From positions 28,471 to 58,700 of the forward strand of contig JAYEMF010000011.1 of assembly GCA_034717975.1 (NCBI GenBank): DNA of 30,230 nt, given 5' to 3'. The first letter of the stretch is position 1, and every line of letters starts with the position of its first letter. Source of the DNA: Campylobacterota bacterium (lineage in GTDB: Bacteria; Campylobacterota; Campylobacteria; Campylobacterales; Sulfurimonadaceae). Made by a program: the position numbers and the translations under genes. Shown here piece by piece: positions 11,096-21,290 of the stretch. The notes under the pieces are model-generated. The model had not been told where the DNA came from. It did not search any database and was given only the letters and a program-made list of their open reading frames with translations.

Positions 11096-11452
11096 ATGAA
11101 AAGTATAGTAATCATTTTGACACTGTTGATGTTCAATCTCTTCGCCTGTACAGGTGACTGTCTTACCTGTCATCCCAACCTGGTTCCGACAATCCATGAA
11201 GATGAACGTCACAAACCGATGCTGGGATGCATCGAGTGCCACACTGCCGATCCGAACTCCATGGCTGAGTGCGGCAGTGACTGCTTCTCCTGCCACCCCG
11301 TCGAGAAGATAGAGCAGCCGGGAATTGAACAGCATAATGTAATCCGTGAATGCCGAGACTGTCATCTTCAGCTTAAAAATGAGATGTTTGGGACCCAGCC
11401 AACCCCTGGGCAGTCTCATGCAAAACCGCTCAAAGAATTTTTACTCAATTAA
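11096..11452 (+). CDS. Small exported tetraheme c-type cytochrome
   Basis: Signal peptide and four CxxCH motifs (CLTCH, CIECH, CFSCH, CRDCH). Confidence 0.8.
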   Translation: MKSIVIILTLLMFNLFACTGDCLTCHPNLVPTIHEDERHKPMLGCIECHTADPNSMAECGSDCFSCHPVEKIEQPGIEQHNVIRECRDCHLQLKNEMFGTQPTPGQSHAKPLKEFLLN

Positions 11453-11491
11453 TGTGTATAATATGAGTACTATATAACTAAAAGGTCCGGA

Positions 11492-11785
11492 ATGAAAAGC
11501 TGCAATACATTAGAAGAGCTGCGTACAGAGATCGATGCTATCGATGACAAGATCGTTGCGATGATCGGTGAGCGTAACGAATATATTAAACAGGCATCCA
11601 AATTTAAAAAGTCTGTTGATGAGATCAAATCAAGTGAACGCATCGATACTGTTGTTGACCGGGTACGTCATAAAGCAGTAATGATGGGGATGTCGCCAAA
11701 TATGATGGCAGAAGTTTATACCATCCTGATTAATGAGATGGTAGAGACAGAGATCGCTGAATTCCGTAACAGCGGCACATTTTAG
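11492..11785 (+). CDS. Chorismate mutase type II (AroQ/PchB-like)
   Basis: LEELRTEIDAIDDKIVAMIGER N-terminal signature; 97 aa; TATAAT at 11457-11462. Confidence 0.85.
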   Translation: MKSCNTLEELRTEIDAIDDKIVAMIGERNEYIKQASKFKKSVDEIKSSERIDTVVDRVRHKAVMMGMSPNMMAEVYTILINEMVETEIAEFRNSGTF

Positions 11786-12315
11786 GCGTAGAGCATCTCT
11801 TCAAATTTGTCCATTCTCTGTAGGACTTTATCTAGGAACTTCTGACTCTCATCGAGCAGCGTTTTGTGCTGTTCGACCTGTTTTAATGCATTATCCATTA
11901 AATTCACAATACCGTTTTTAGCATAGTTCTGTGTGTTGATCGGTTTATCGCCTACCGGGGCAAAGATATCACTTACCGATTTGACAATCTGATTTAACGG
12001 TGTATGCTGCTCACCGCTCTCAAGCTCTTTCATAAAATTATCGATAAAAGGCTGAGCAATCTCCATAAATGCCTCGATCTCTTTTTTATCCTGCTCATCT
12101 ATGCCGTTTGACTCCATATGAAACTGATAGGACTGCATCGATGCAAAGGAGAAAGTGCCGGATTTAGTGCCGTTTTGTTGGCTCTGTTTCATGGAGAGTT
12201 CTTGAGTATTTGAAAATGCCATATCGATTGTATCACCGCTGCTCGTTCGCATCTGGATACTGAGATCATGCGAGCGATAGGCTTCGAGTGATTGATAGCT
12301 GTTAAGAGTGTTCAT
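11782..12315 (-). CDS. Conserved hypothetical protein, probably in the sigma28 regulon
   Basis: 177-aa ORF with AAGGAG RBS and a GCCGATAT box upstream; TSSGD motif. Confidence 0.75.
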   Translation of the reverse strand: MNTLNSYQSLEAYRSHDLSIQMRTSSGDTIDMAFSNTQELSMKQSQQNGTKSGTFSFASMQSYQFHMESNGIDEQDKKEIEAFMEIAQPFIDNFMKELESGEQHTPLNQIVKSVSDIFAPVGDKPINTQNYAKNGIVNLMDNALKQVEQHKTLLDESQKFLDKVLQRMDKFEEMLYA

Positions 12316-12340
12316 AAAAAAACTCCTTTTATTAGGAGTT

Positions 12341-12367
12341 ATATCGGCAGAAAACCTTCTTTAGTTA
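12341..12367 (-). promoter_or_regulatory. sigma28 (FliA) promoter
   Basis: Minus strand TAAC-N15-GCCGATAT versus consensus TAAA-N15-GCCGATAA/T. Confidence 0.7.
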
Positions 12368-13435
12368 ATCTTTTTTTGGCTCAAGCTTACCGGCAACGGC
12401 CTCACGTGATGCAATGAGGTTTTCGATCTGATCTTTGACCTTGTCGTAACGGTACTGCTCTTTAAAGCCATGGATACGGCCGCCTGAGGCATTGGGATGA
12501 CCGCCGCCACCGGCCCACTCTTTGGCAATAAGTGAGACATTGACTTTGTTGTTGGCGCGCAGGCTCATCGTTCCACGATAGCTTATGTCGACAATAAAGT
12601 CATATTCGTCATATTCAGTTAAAAATCCATTACCCACGATGGAGGTGTTGCCTACACCGTAACTGAGAAAGCCTTTGTAGCCCTTATAGTAGATGGTCAT
12701 GGTTGGACGTTTTGAACCAAGCAGGCTTACAATGCGAGCTGTTGCAAGGTTATCGAGTGTATTGTTCTCACTCTCTTTGAAATAGCTTTTTTTCATCTTG
12801 TGGATCGCTTCATCAAGGACGATCGGAGCATTAGGAGTGTCGATCATCTCAGCAGCTCCCAAAAGCAGGGCAAGTTTATATTCACGGTCTTCATTGGCAA
12901 ACAGGACACGGTTGAGTTCACGTGTCTCGGTTATAAGGCGCATACACACTTTGCCGTATTCAAAGTTTTCCGCTTCGCTCTGGATCCAGAGATCAACGGC
13001 ATTGACAACATTGACAAAACTCTCCATCCATGTTGGCTCATCGAGTTCAAAATGCTCTCTGGCATAGTCGTAGGTGATCTTTGTCGCACAGCGCTCCGTA
13101 TCGAGGTAGTACCAATTATATCTGTCGGCACTCTCCTGACCGCTGCCGTGGTGATCAAGCAGGATGAGTTCGATATTTCGTCCCCGGTCATTGAAGTCCT
13201 GAATCTCTTTGTTCAGCCATTTTGCTTCGTTGGCCGTCAGGTTCAGGTCGGTGATGAGGATGATCGCATCTTCGTTGGAATTGTGAAGGGCTTCGAGGAT
13301 CTCTTCAAGACGCTGGACGACTTCAGCCCCGTAATTGGCATTGAAGCTGTGGATAGTGTAGGGCGTATGACGCATAATAAGCTGACAGCTGTAGCCATCG
13401 AGATCAATGTGTGAGAGATGATAAATTGTTTTCAT
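12365..13435 (-). CDS. DHH-family phosphoesterase (NrnB/oligoribonuclease-like)
   Basis: HIDLDG, ITDLN, LLDHH and GGGGHPNASGG (DHHA1) motifs. Confidence 0.88.
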   Translation of the reverse strand: MKTIYHLSHIDLDGYSCQLIMRHTPYTIHSFNANYGAEVVQRLEEILEALHNSNEDAIILITDLNLTANEAKWLNKEIQDFNDRGRNIELILLDHHGSGQESADRYNWYYLDTERCATKITYDYAREHFELDEPTWMESFVNVVNAVDLWIQSEAENFEYGKVCMRLITETRELNRVLFANEDREYKLALLLGAAEMIDTPNAPIVLDEAIHKMKKSYFKESENNTLDNLATARIVSLLGSKRPTMTIYYKGYKGFLSYGVGNTSIVGNGFLTEYDEYDFIVDISYRGTMSLRANNKVNVSLIAKEWAGGGGHPNASGGRIHGFKEQYRYDKVKDQIENLIASREAVAGKLEPKKD

Positions 13436-13531
13436 GAAAAGTATTCCTTTTAAATTTTTAAAGATGCATATTAAAGCATGGTTTATCTATGCATGAGCCC
13501 ACTGGTGAAGTGAACTTAGCTCGTTTGGCGT

Positions 13532-15712
13532 TTACTCAAGTGATATAGAGCCCATGACTTCAAATTTGGCCGTCGAATCGATCTCTGCATGAGAGAGGGT
13601 AACGACATCGAGACTGAAACGTTCAAATATCTCAGCAAGCGGTCGGCGAAGCTGCGGATCGACGATGATAATGACGGGTGAGATCCCTTTTTGCAGAAGC
13701 TCTGTCGCTTTCTCGCTGGTAGCCTGTATAAGCTGGTTGATCTCACCTACGTTCAGCATCAGGTGGCGGACGTTGTCCTGTTCCTGGGATTTCTCCAGCA
13801 TCTTCTGTTCGCTGGCTGTGTCGAAAGTAAGCAGATGAATGACACCGTCTTCACCTGTATAGATATTGGTAATGACACGGGAAAGTCGCGCACGAACCTG
13901 TTCGGTAATAAATTCGACATTCTTAGTGTATTCGGCGACGTCAGCAATGGTCTCCATGGTGGTGAGCATATCTTTGAGTGGTACTTTTTCATGGAGCAGT
14001 GCTTTGAAGATGCGTTGCACAAGACCAACGCTGGCAACCTTGGTCAAATCGTCTACCACGACCGGGTAATCATTTTTGATCTTGTCGATCAGGGTCTGGG
14101 TCTCCTGTCGTGTCAACAACTCTTCAGCATAGCGTTTGACCAGTTCACTCATATGTGTAGAGATAACCGTTGCCGGATCAACGACGGTATAACCATTCAT
14201 GATGGCATCCTCTTTCAGTTCCGGAGCGATCCAGAGGGCATCAAGCCCAAAGGCCGGCTCTTTGGTCGGAGCTCCCTGGATATCGCCGGTTGCCATTCCG
14301 CTGTCCATTGCCAAAAAGCGGTCATGCTGAATGACACCTTCACCGATAGCGACACCTTTGAGCATGATCTGGTATTGGTCGGGCTTAAGGTGCAGGTTGT
14401 CACGGATACGTACCTGCGGCATTAAAAAGCCAAGGTCGGTGGCAATTTTACGGCGCATGGAGCGGATACGTTCCAGCAGGTCACCGCCCTGGTTGGCATC
14501 GGCCAGACGGATCAGCTGGTAACCAAGGGTGAGTTCAAGCATCTCGACTTTGAGGATATCTTCGAGGGCCGTCTCCTCCTCTTTGGCAATCTCCTCTTGT
14601 GATTTGGCAGGCTTGGATACAGATGTGCCTTCAGCCGGTTTTTCACCTGGCTTAGTCGCTTTTTTCTTCTGTGCAGTTTCGGCGTCAAAGATTTGAAGTT
14701 CACCGCGCTCATATTTGTAAAGGGCATAGCCGATTGCCAAAAAGATCAGGCCGACAAAGCCCATGGAGAATGTCGGCAGACCCGGAACGAGTGCAAACAT
14801 AACCATAATGAAACCGACAATGATCAGGGTCTTGGCATTACCCATCAGCTGATTGATACTGCCTTCGGCAAAGTTGCCGCCACTGTCATTGGAGGCACGG
14901 GTGATCATAATACCGGTTGCAGTCGAGACGATCAGGGCCGGGATCTGAGCGACAAGCCCATCACCGATGGTAAGGATGGTGTAGGTCTGGGCACTGGCAC
15001 CTACGTCCATATCGAACTGGAAGACACCGATCAGAAACCCGCCGATAATGTTGATAAGGGTGATGATGATCCCTGCAACGGCATCCCCTTTGACGAATTT
15101 CGACGAACCGTCCATCGCTCCATAGAAGTTGGCATCCTGCAAGATCTCCGCCCGGCGGGATTTCGCTTCAGATTCGTCTATAAGGCCGGCATTGAGATCG
15201 GCATCGATTGCCATCTGTTTCCCCGGCATCGCATCGAGGGTAAAGCGGGCAGCGACTTCGGCGACCCGGGTAGAACCCTTGGTGATGACCATAAAGTTGA
15301 TCAGCACCAAAATACTGAAAACTACGACCCCTATGACGTAGTTCCCGCCGACGACGAACTGACCGAAACTGGTGATGATCTCACTGACTGCTCCCGGACC
15401 TTCGTTTCCATGGCTGAGGATCATTCTTGTCGTAGCAACATTGAGTGAGAGCCGAAAAAGGGTAACGATGAGAATCAGTGTCGGGAACGTTGTCAGATCA
15501 GTCGGTCTTGGAATATAGAGGGAAATCAGAATGATCAATACAGCGATAGAGATGGAGATGGTGAGCATAAAATCAAGAATACCGCTAGGAAGCGGAACAA
15601 TGATAATGGCCAGGATCGCCATAACGAAGGCGACAATGCTTAAATCGCGGTTTTGAACAAGAAAACTGAGAACAATACTCATGTTTTGCATTGGAGAACG
15701 AGGTTTGGCCAA
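13532..15712 (-). CDS. flhA: Flagellar export protein FlhA
   Basis: [46 protein letters not shown] motifs; TTG start. Confidence 0.98.
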   Translation of the reverse strand: MAKPRSPMQNMSIVLSFLVQNRDLSIVAFVMAILAIIIVPLPSGILDFMLTISISIAVLIILISLYIPRPTDLTTFPTLILIVTLFRLSLNVATTRMILSHGNEGPGAVSEIITSFGQFVVGGNYVIGVVVFSILVLINFMVITKGSTRVAEVAARFTLDAMPGKQMAIDADLNAGLIDESEAKSRRAEILQDANFYGAMDGSSKFVKGDAVAGIIITLINIIGGFLIGVFQFDMDVGASAQTYTILTIGDGLVAQIPALIVSTATGIMITRASNDSGGNFAEGSINQLMGNAKTLIIVGFIMVMFALVPGLPTFSMGFVGLIFLAIGYALYKYERGELQIFDAETAQKKKATKPGEKPAEGTSVSKPAKSQEEIAKEEETALEDILKVEMLELTLGYQLIRLADANQGGDLLERIRSMRRKIATDLGFLMPQVRIRDNLHLKPDQYQIMLKGVAIGEGVIQHDRFLAMDSGMATGDIQGAPTKEPAFGLDALWIAPELKEDAIMNGYTVVDPATVISTHMSELVKRYAEELLTRQETQTLIDKIKNDYPVVVDDLTKVASVGLVQRIFKALLHEKVPLKDMLTTMETIADVAEYTKNVEFITEQVRARLSRVITNIYTGEDGVIHLLTFDTASEQKMLEKSQEQDNVRHLMLNVGEINQLIQATSEKATELLQKGISPVIIIVDPQLRRPLAEIFERFSLDVVTLSHAEIDSTAKFEVMGSISLE

Positions 15713-15716
15713 GGCT

Positions 15717-16121
15717 TTAGCCCTCTAGAATGTCTGATAGTGACAGTGAGTCTAGAAAGTTGTCAATCTTGCCTTGGAGGCGATTTAAAAATGGCCAGAT
15801 GTGACAGCTCATTGCTTTGTCGGAGGGACAGTTTTTTTCAGAAGCGGCACAGTCGAAAACAGCCGGATTTTTACCTTCGGCAGCACACATGATCTCATGC
15901 ACGGTGATCTCATGGCTATCTTTTGCCAGAGCAAAACCGCCGTTGACCCCTTTGTAGGAGTTTAAAATTCCCTGACGTGCCATGGACTGCAAGATCTTGG
16001 CAAGAAAGCTTTTGGAAATATCGAGTTCTGAGGCGAGACTCTCCGCATCGAGAGGTTTCTCAGCCTTGGCAATTACAATAAGCGAAAGAAGGGCATATTC
16101 GCTTGCACGGGTCATCAGCAT
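15717..16121 (-). CDS. Rrf2-family transcriptional regulator with three C-terminal Cys
   Basis: [27 protein letters not shown]6-C-X7-C near the C-terminus. Confidence 0.92.
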   Translation of the reverse strand: MLMTRASEYALLSLIVIAKAEKPLDAESLASELDISKSFLAKILQSMARQGILNSYKGVNGGFALAKDSHEITVHEIMCAAEGKNPAVFDCAASEKNCPSDKAMSCHIWPFLNRLQGKIDNFLDSLSLSDILEG

Positions 16122-16260
16122 AGTTTTTAGGCCTGTTTATGAAAAAATATTATTGGTGGTAAATTGACGATATTATAACGGAAAAACTACTTATGCGACT
16201 TAACCGGCCGGTTCATTTAAGTTAAAGCGGTAGAAAGATGGAATTATTTACCTGTATGTA

Positions 16261-16289
16261 TTGCTATGAAAAAGCATTTTAGCTATAAT
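16261..16289 (+). promoter_or_regulatory. sigma70 promoter of rpsO
   Basis: TTGCTA-N17-TATAAT; AGGAGG RBS before the ATG at 16354. Confidence 0.7.
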
Positions 16290-16353
16290 TCCGGCCCAGC
16301 TTGATCGATTGTGTTCATGTTGGTAAATTTTTTATACCCATCAGGAGGTCATT

Positions 16354-16629
16354 ATGGCTTTAGATACGGCGAAAAAACAAGAGATTGTTAACAAATTCGG
16401 ACGTAATGAAAACGACACAGGTTCATCAGAAGTACAGATCGCACTGCTTACAGCGCGTATCGTTGAACTTACTGAACACCTTAAAACATTCAAAAAAGAT
16501 CACGCTTCCCGCCTCGGTCTTCTTAAACTTGTCGGTCAGCGTCGCCGTTTGATGCGTTATTTCAAACGTACAAACAAAGATGCTTATGCAAAACTGATTG
16601 CAGAACTCGGTATCCGCGACAACATCTAA
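16354..16629 (+). CDS. rpsO: 30S ribosomal protein S15
   Basis: [38 protein letters not shown]. Confidence 0.99.
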   Translation: MALDTAKKQEIVNKFGRNENDTGSSEVQIALLTARIVELTEHLKTFKKDHASRLGLLKLVGQRRRLMRYFKRTNKDAYAKLIAELGIRDNI

Positions 16630-16640
16630 TTTTTTCATCC

Positions 16641-16675
16641 AGAAGGTGGCATTTTCTGTCATCTTCTTCTTTCTC
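16641..16675 (+). terminator. Intrinsic terminator after rpsO
   Basis: AGAAGGTGGCA-ttttc-TGTCATCTTCT stem (with G.U pairs) then TCTTTCTC. Confidence 0.65.
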
Positions 16676-16806
16676 AAATATAACTTTTTACGTGTTATCT
16701 ATTAATCAATCTCTCTGAAGTACGCTTATCTACATTGAATGTGTCTTATGAAGATGAGAAAAGGATATGGTTCCTTCTCCCATAGTTAAATCTAGAAGTT
16801 ATTTCA

Positions 16807-18099
16807 TTACCACTTGGAGACAAGGGCGATATTGACTTTGGCGTATTCGGGATAGTCTTCACCATTAACATTAACTTCATTTTTTGACATCTGACCGGAG
16901 ATATCAAGCTGAATCCATTTTGTGCCAAGACCAACACCGGCAGTATAGATCAGACCGGCATCATCAGAGGAGTCCATATTTTTCATTGCTCCGCCTCTGA
17001 GAGAGAGCCAGGTAAACGGATGGAAGTTGACACCACCGCCGAGATACTGGGCATCGATATTCGGCATCATTGTCTCATTGGCTGTCAGGTCATAATCCAT
17101 GGCTATTTCAAGCGAATCAAAAATATCATAGGCCGCACCGAAACGTATCATCGGTTCGACCTCATAAGCTGAAAGTCCAAGATTGTTGGTTACATAGTCA
17201 AACTCGGGACTATTGAGGTTTTTACCGGCCAAAGCCAAAGTAAGATCCTTACTGAAATTCGGTTTATAGGCCAGACCGAGATCGAGACCGACCTGGCTCG
17301 TCTTTTTATCGTTATTATCCATGGTATCGGAGAAGTCTTCATCATTATCAAGAGCAAATTTTCCAGCGAATGTTGTACCTTGCATGAACTTGACGGCACC
17401 ACCGACGGCGACTTTACCGAATTCGGTATCGAAGGCATGGCCATAGGCGATAGGTATTTCAGCGATTGCGATACCATACAAGAGTGAATAGGTTTCCCCA
17501 TCTTCAATTGACTTGACAATTGATGTATTATTATAGGCGTCTTCATCAGATGGCGTTAAGTTTACAGCATCAAAGTAACTGCCATCATGTTCAAAAATAA
17601 ACTCTGTACGGCCCTCTTCGATTACACCTACAGCCCCACCTTCACCAACAACAAAGAGGCCTGTTCCGAAACTGCCGACCTGGATACCAAGTGCAGCCTG
17701 AGGGGCAACTTGCGCACTCTGCCCATTCATGTTAAGGATGATATCACCGGCATCAACTAAAGTCTGATGATCAGCAGGGGATACATTTGAAAGATCACCA
17801 CTATCTATTCTGTCGATGGTGTCGCTGAAGCCAAGATCGTCAAGTTCTGACATGGAAGCGACCATACCACCATCATGAATACTCATTCCCACACCTGCAA
17901 AGACCTCTACATCATGTTTGGCAAAGGCCAGCATGGCCGGATTGTTATAGGCGGCAGTTGAACCGCTGGAGTTGGCGATGGCTGCCCCGCCCATTCCGAC
18001 TGACTTGTACCCTACCGTGTGAAACTCCAGTGCTGAGACGTTGGCTGAAAGACTTAAAATAGCAGCAGTTGCTATCGATAAGTGACGAAATTTAAACAT
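16807..18099 (-). CDS. Outer-membrane beta-barrel, TraF-like/FadL-like family
   Basis: Signal peptide; G..S.GMGGA..A...YNNPA N-terminal motif; alternating beta-strands; C-terminal Trp. Confidence 0.75.
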   Translation of the reverse strand: MFKFRHLSIATAAILSLSANVSALEFHTVGYKSVGMGGAAIANSSGSTAAYNNPAMLAFAKHDVEVFAGVGMSIHDGGMVASMSELDDLGFSDTIDRIDSGDLSNVSPADHQTLVDAGDIILNMNGQSAQVAPQAALGIQVGSFGTGLFVVGEGGAVGVIEEGRTEFIFEHDGSYFDAVNLTPSDEDAYNNTSIVKSIEDGETYSLLYGIAIAEIPIAYGHAFDTEFGKVAVGGAVKFMQGTTFAGKFALDNDEDFSDTMDNNDKKTSQVGLDLGLAYKPNFSKDLTLALAGKNLNSPEFDYVTNNLGLSAYEVEPMIRFGAAYDIFDSLEIAMDYDLTANETMMPNIDAQYLGGGVNFHPFTWLSLRGGAMKNMDSSDDAGLIYTAGVGLGTKWIQLDISGQMSKNEVNVNGEDYPEYAKVNIALVSKW

Positions 18100-18167
18100 A
18101 AGCTAACCTTTCCTGTTTTTTTGATTATAGGCGATATTCTCTAAAAGTAAACTTGCCTAGGAAAATA

Positions 18168-18191
18168 GTACAGGCGGATGAGTGCCTGTAC
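18168..18191 (-). terminator. Hairpin downstream of the AsmA-like gene
   Basis: GTACAGGC-N8-GCCTGTAC perfect 8-bp stem followed by TATTTT on the minus strand. Confidence 0.5.
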
Positions 18192-18230
18192 AATCAGGAA
18201 CAACTGCTCTGAAATAGAGTTTGGAACTAT

Positions 18231-21200
18231 TTACCTGTCAGCAGTCGGTTGATTGGCCGGATGTACGATATCCCCATTATAGAAGAGATCACAATTACCC
18301 GATACCACCATATCTTTACCCGCACCAAGGACATTAAAGCTTCTGTCAAGGCTGTCGCGTACCAGTGTCACATTATCTCTTTTAACAGGTTTAAGCAGCA
18401 CTGAGGCTGTTCTATCGATCAGTTTTCCGCCGGCATCGAGAATCTGCTTACCGGTATCCAAAATGGCCTCCGGTGTCTTTTGCAGGAGAGAAACTGTCGC
18501 CCCGGTAGTATTGACAAGTTCAGGTGATGCGATATTGCCTTTGAGTTGTTGTTTGAAGGCTGCACATCCATTGGGGTCAATGATCGCAACTTCAAGTCTG
18601 TTGATCATGCCGTCGCGTTTGAGCGATCCTTTTGCTGCAAAGAGATACTCCGGCGTTGAAAGGGCAGTGTCTTTAAGCAGTATACTGTCGGGCTGAATGT
18701 CAAAATCAGCTTCAAGACGGGTGATATGGGTCGAGAGGTTTTTATCTTTTCTCTTCTTGCCAAGAAGCGATGTGTAGGTATCCTTGCCCATGGCAAAGAT
18801 ATTCAGACCCAGAATATCCTGCATATTTTTAAGGGTGTAGTCTATGTCTATTCCCTCTACTTGTGCATCTTTCATAGTCAACTGGAGTTGGCCGGAATCA
18901 TTTTGCAAGTGGTATAGGGCTTCTGCGTTGATACGACCCTGAGTAAACACCGAATTGTTATGGAACATCGTATCGATCTTAACGGGATCGGTGTCTTTCA
19001 TAACGAGGGTAAGATTCTGGTCGATCAGGGAGAGTGTTGTCAAGCCGCCGAAACTTTTTGTATAGAGCTGCAGTTCGGGATATGCTTTATAGGTAAGGTC
19101 GCCTTCTAGCGCAAAAGGGCCGTAAAGATTTTGTTCTTTGAGCAGTGGATAATCATCTAATCTATTGATATCTGCAGAAATATGAGCCTTGAGGAGGGCG
19201 TCTTGATAGCTGATATTTTTTATTGTAAAGAAATCATCCACATGTTTGATGGTTATATTGTTGGCAGGCAGCTGTTTGGCCATATCCAGGTTGGCATAGA
19301 GATCAAGGATCTCGTTACGATCCTTCTGTTTTAACAGAAGTGTTGATTGCAGATCAAGCCGCTTCTTCTCTGTATCGATGGCGAGCGTTCCGCCCTTAAG
19401 TTCAATAGTTGACAGCGTAATATAGGGACGCACTTTCAGTGTGTTGTTCGAAAAGTCTCCTGTCATCGATACGCTTACATTATCATCAAAGCCGGCATGC
19501 TCTTTTTGGAGATGCAGTTGTTGGGTATGGAGTGCAACAGAAAATTTTTTTGGATTTCCTTGGGCATAAAAGTTGAGATTGCCTTTGGTATAGGCTTTGG
19601 AGCCAAGGAGTAGATAGATGTTTTCCGTATGAATATTTTTGGCATCAAATCGGAACTCACTTCCCTTTAGTGTGGCATCGAGTATGGCTCCGAGCTCTCT
19701 GTTTTTAGCATGAAGTGTAAATGTGTCGTTATAACTGAACTCACCTTCAAGCGTAGTCTTACCATCAAGATCCATGAGCTTATTGTCAACAGTAAGTTGA
19801 AAAGGGCTATGCAGCCTGGCATCATCATAGTGTAGCTTGGCAAGAAGCAGGTCTACGCTTTTTGAGTGAAGATTGACCTTGGCATCGAGGATACTCTTCT
19901 TGTAGACCCCGTCAAATGACAGTGACAGTTCATCGCTCAGTTGCTCAACACTCAGCTTGGCCGTTGTCTGAATATGGCCATCTTGATAGGTAGTGTGTGA
20001 GTGTTTCAATTTTGCTTTGGCATGATTGGCAGAGATATCTACTTCAATCATATGAGCGCTCTGTTTCAAGGCAATGTGTAGATCGTTTAACTTATTATCT
20101 TCGATCGTAAGTTTTGGAATGGTGACAGCTCCTCTGCCTCCATTTTTATTCCATGAACCCTCTCCTGTGATTTTTCCACTTACCTTCTGATCTATCATGG
20201 CGAGATGCAACAGTTTTTCAATCAGCAGCTCTTTAGCCTTGAAACGGATCTGTTCATCTTGATAGGAGAGCTTCAACGCACCGCCAAATGAGTCGGTGCG
20301 GAGTGTCGCTGCTATCTTTTTGTCGGCATAGGAAAAATTTCCCGATGCAAGAAGTTCGCCTTGAAAGGTGTGGCCGGTCAGTTTGGGGAGTATTGTGAAG
20401 TTGCTGAGCTCTTTGGCGTCAAATATCCACTTGGCTGTAACAGTGCTGTTGTTGATATCTGCTCTGAAATTGTCAATGCCGATGTGCGTCTTCCCCGAAT
20501 CTATAGTCGCCTGGGCTTTGATGATTTCATCTTTATACTTTCCATTGAGATGAAGATCAAGTTCAAGATTGGTTTTAAGCAGTACAAAATTGACGTTTGC
20601 ATTGAAAAGAGAGCTGTTTTGGTCATAGGCGAAAGAGATGCCTTGATAATCAATATCTTTAGAGTCAAACATCCCTTCGCCCAGCAGATTGTCATCCTGG
20701 CTTGCCAGAGCAAGGTGGATATTCTCCAAGCGGCTTTTTTCGATGCTGATAGTGTCCGAGTGGATATAAATGGAAGAGTCGGCATCGGTATGGACATCAA
20801 AGGTAGCGTGGAGAAGACCTTCCATCTCGACAGGTATTTCGTTTGCTTTTTTTAACTCCTTCAGCTCCAAATTATTAATCTCTCCACTTATTCTCCAGTT
20901 ACTCTCTTTGTGGTTAACCTGGATTTGAGCTGTCGCTTTGTAGGCGAATAGTGTGACATCGATCTGCTCCATGGTCACTGTCGCCTGTGCAGTCGCCTCT
21001 CCTTTAAGAGGGTGAAAAGCACTGAATGCATCGATATCACCGCCGTAATCAACTAGGGCTTCAAAATCAGGGTAAAGTTTTTCTACCTGAATATGGCCTC
21101 TGTTTGAAGGCTTCTCAAAGGTGAGTGTTGCAGATTGGTGAATGAGGTCAAGCTGTTCGATTTCGACAGGTTTTTCAAACAGTTCGGTGAGATAGAGTTC

Positions 21201-21284
21201 AGTGAGGTAGACCGTTATCGGTTTGAAAACTATAAGTAGCAGTAGTACTAGGAGATAGTATCGAAACCGATAGAGTGAAGACAC
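18231..21284 (-). CDS. Large AsmA/TamB-like beta-rich envelope protein
   Basis: N-terminal TM anchor, about 1000 aa of beta-strand-rich repeats, GIDID and LKGNIASP in the C-terminal region as in AsmA-like C-termini. Confidence 0.65.
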   Translation of the reverse strand: MSSLYRFRYYLLVLLLLIVFKPITVYLTELYLTELFEKPVEIEQLDLIHQSATLTFEKPSNRGHIQVEKLYPDFEALVDYGGDIDAFSAFHPLKGEATAQATVTMEQIDVTLFAYKATAQIQVNHKESNWRISGEINNLELKELKKANEIPVEMEGLLHATFDVHTDADSSIYIHSDTISIEKSRLENIHLALASQDDNLLGEGMFDSKDIDYQGISFAYDQNSSLFNANVNFVLLKTNLELDLHLNGKYKDEIIKAQATIDSGKTHIGIDNFRADINNSTVTAKWIFDAKELSNFTILPKLTGHTFQGELLASGNFSYADKKIAATLRTDSFGGALKLSYQDEQIRFKAKELLIEKLLHLAMIDQKVSGKITGEGSWNKNGGRGAVTIPKLTIEDNKLNDLHIALKQSAHMIEVDISANHAKAKLKHSHTTYQDGHIQTTAKLSVEQLSDELSLSFDGVYKKSILDAKVNLHSKSVDLLLAKLHYDDARLHSPFQLTVDNKLMDLDGKTTLEGEFSYNDTFTLHAKNRELGAILDATLKGSEFRFDAKNIHTENIYLLLGSKAYTKGNLNFYAQGNPKKFSVALHTQQLHLQKEHAGFDDNVSVSMTGDFSNNTLKVRPYITLSTIELKGGTLAIDTEKKRLDLQSTLLLKQKDRNEILDLYANLDMAKQLPANNITIKHVDDFFTIKNISYQDALLKAHISADINRLDDYPLLKEQNLYGPFALEGDLTYKAYPELQLYTKSFGGLTTLSLIDQNLTLVMKDTDPVKIDTMFHNNSVFTQGRINAEALYHLQNDSGQLQLTMKDAQVEGIDIDYTLKNMQDILGLNIFAMGKDTYTSLLGKKRKDKNLSTHITRLEADFDIQPDSILLKDTALSTPEYLFAAKGSLKRDGMINRLEVAIIDPNGCAAFKQQLKGNIASPELVNTTGATVSLLQKTPEAILDTGKQILDAGGKLIDRTASVLLKPVKRDNVTLVRDSLDRSFNVLGAGKDMVVSGNCDLFYNGDIVHPANQPTADR

Positions 21285-21290
21285 GATAGA

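Noticed and set aside
13691..15448. Long antisense ORFs (244 and 251 aa) opposite flhA, and similar shadow ORFs opposite clpB, the DHH gene and ctpA
   Set aside because: They lie wholly opposite well-supported genes and show no recognisable motifs; typical codon-bias shadows
16290..16353. S15 autoregulatory leader RNA
   Set aside because: Plausible by position, but I could not identify a convincing fold by eye; a covariance search is needed
16807..18099. Conjugative element suggested by the TraF-like protein
   Set aside because: No relaxase, T4SS genes, integrase or compositional shift; it sits among core genes
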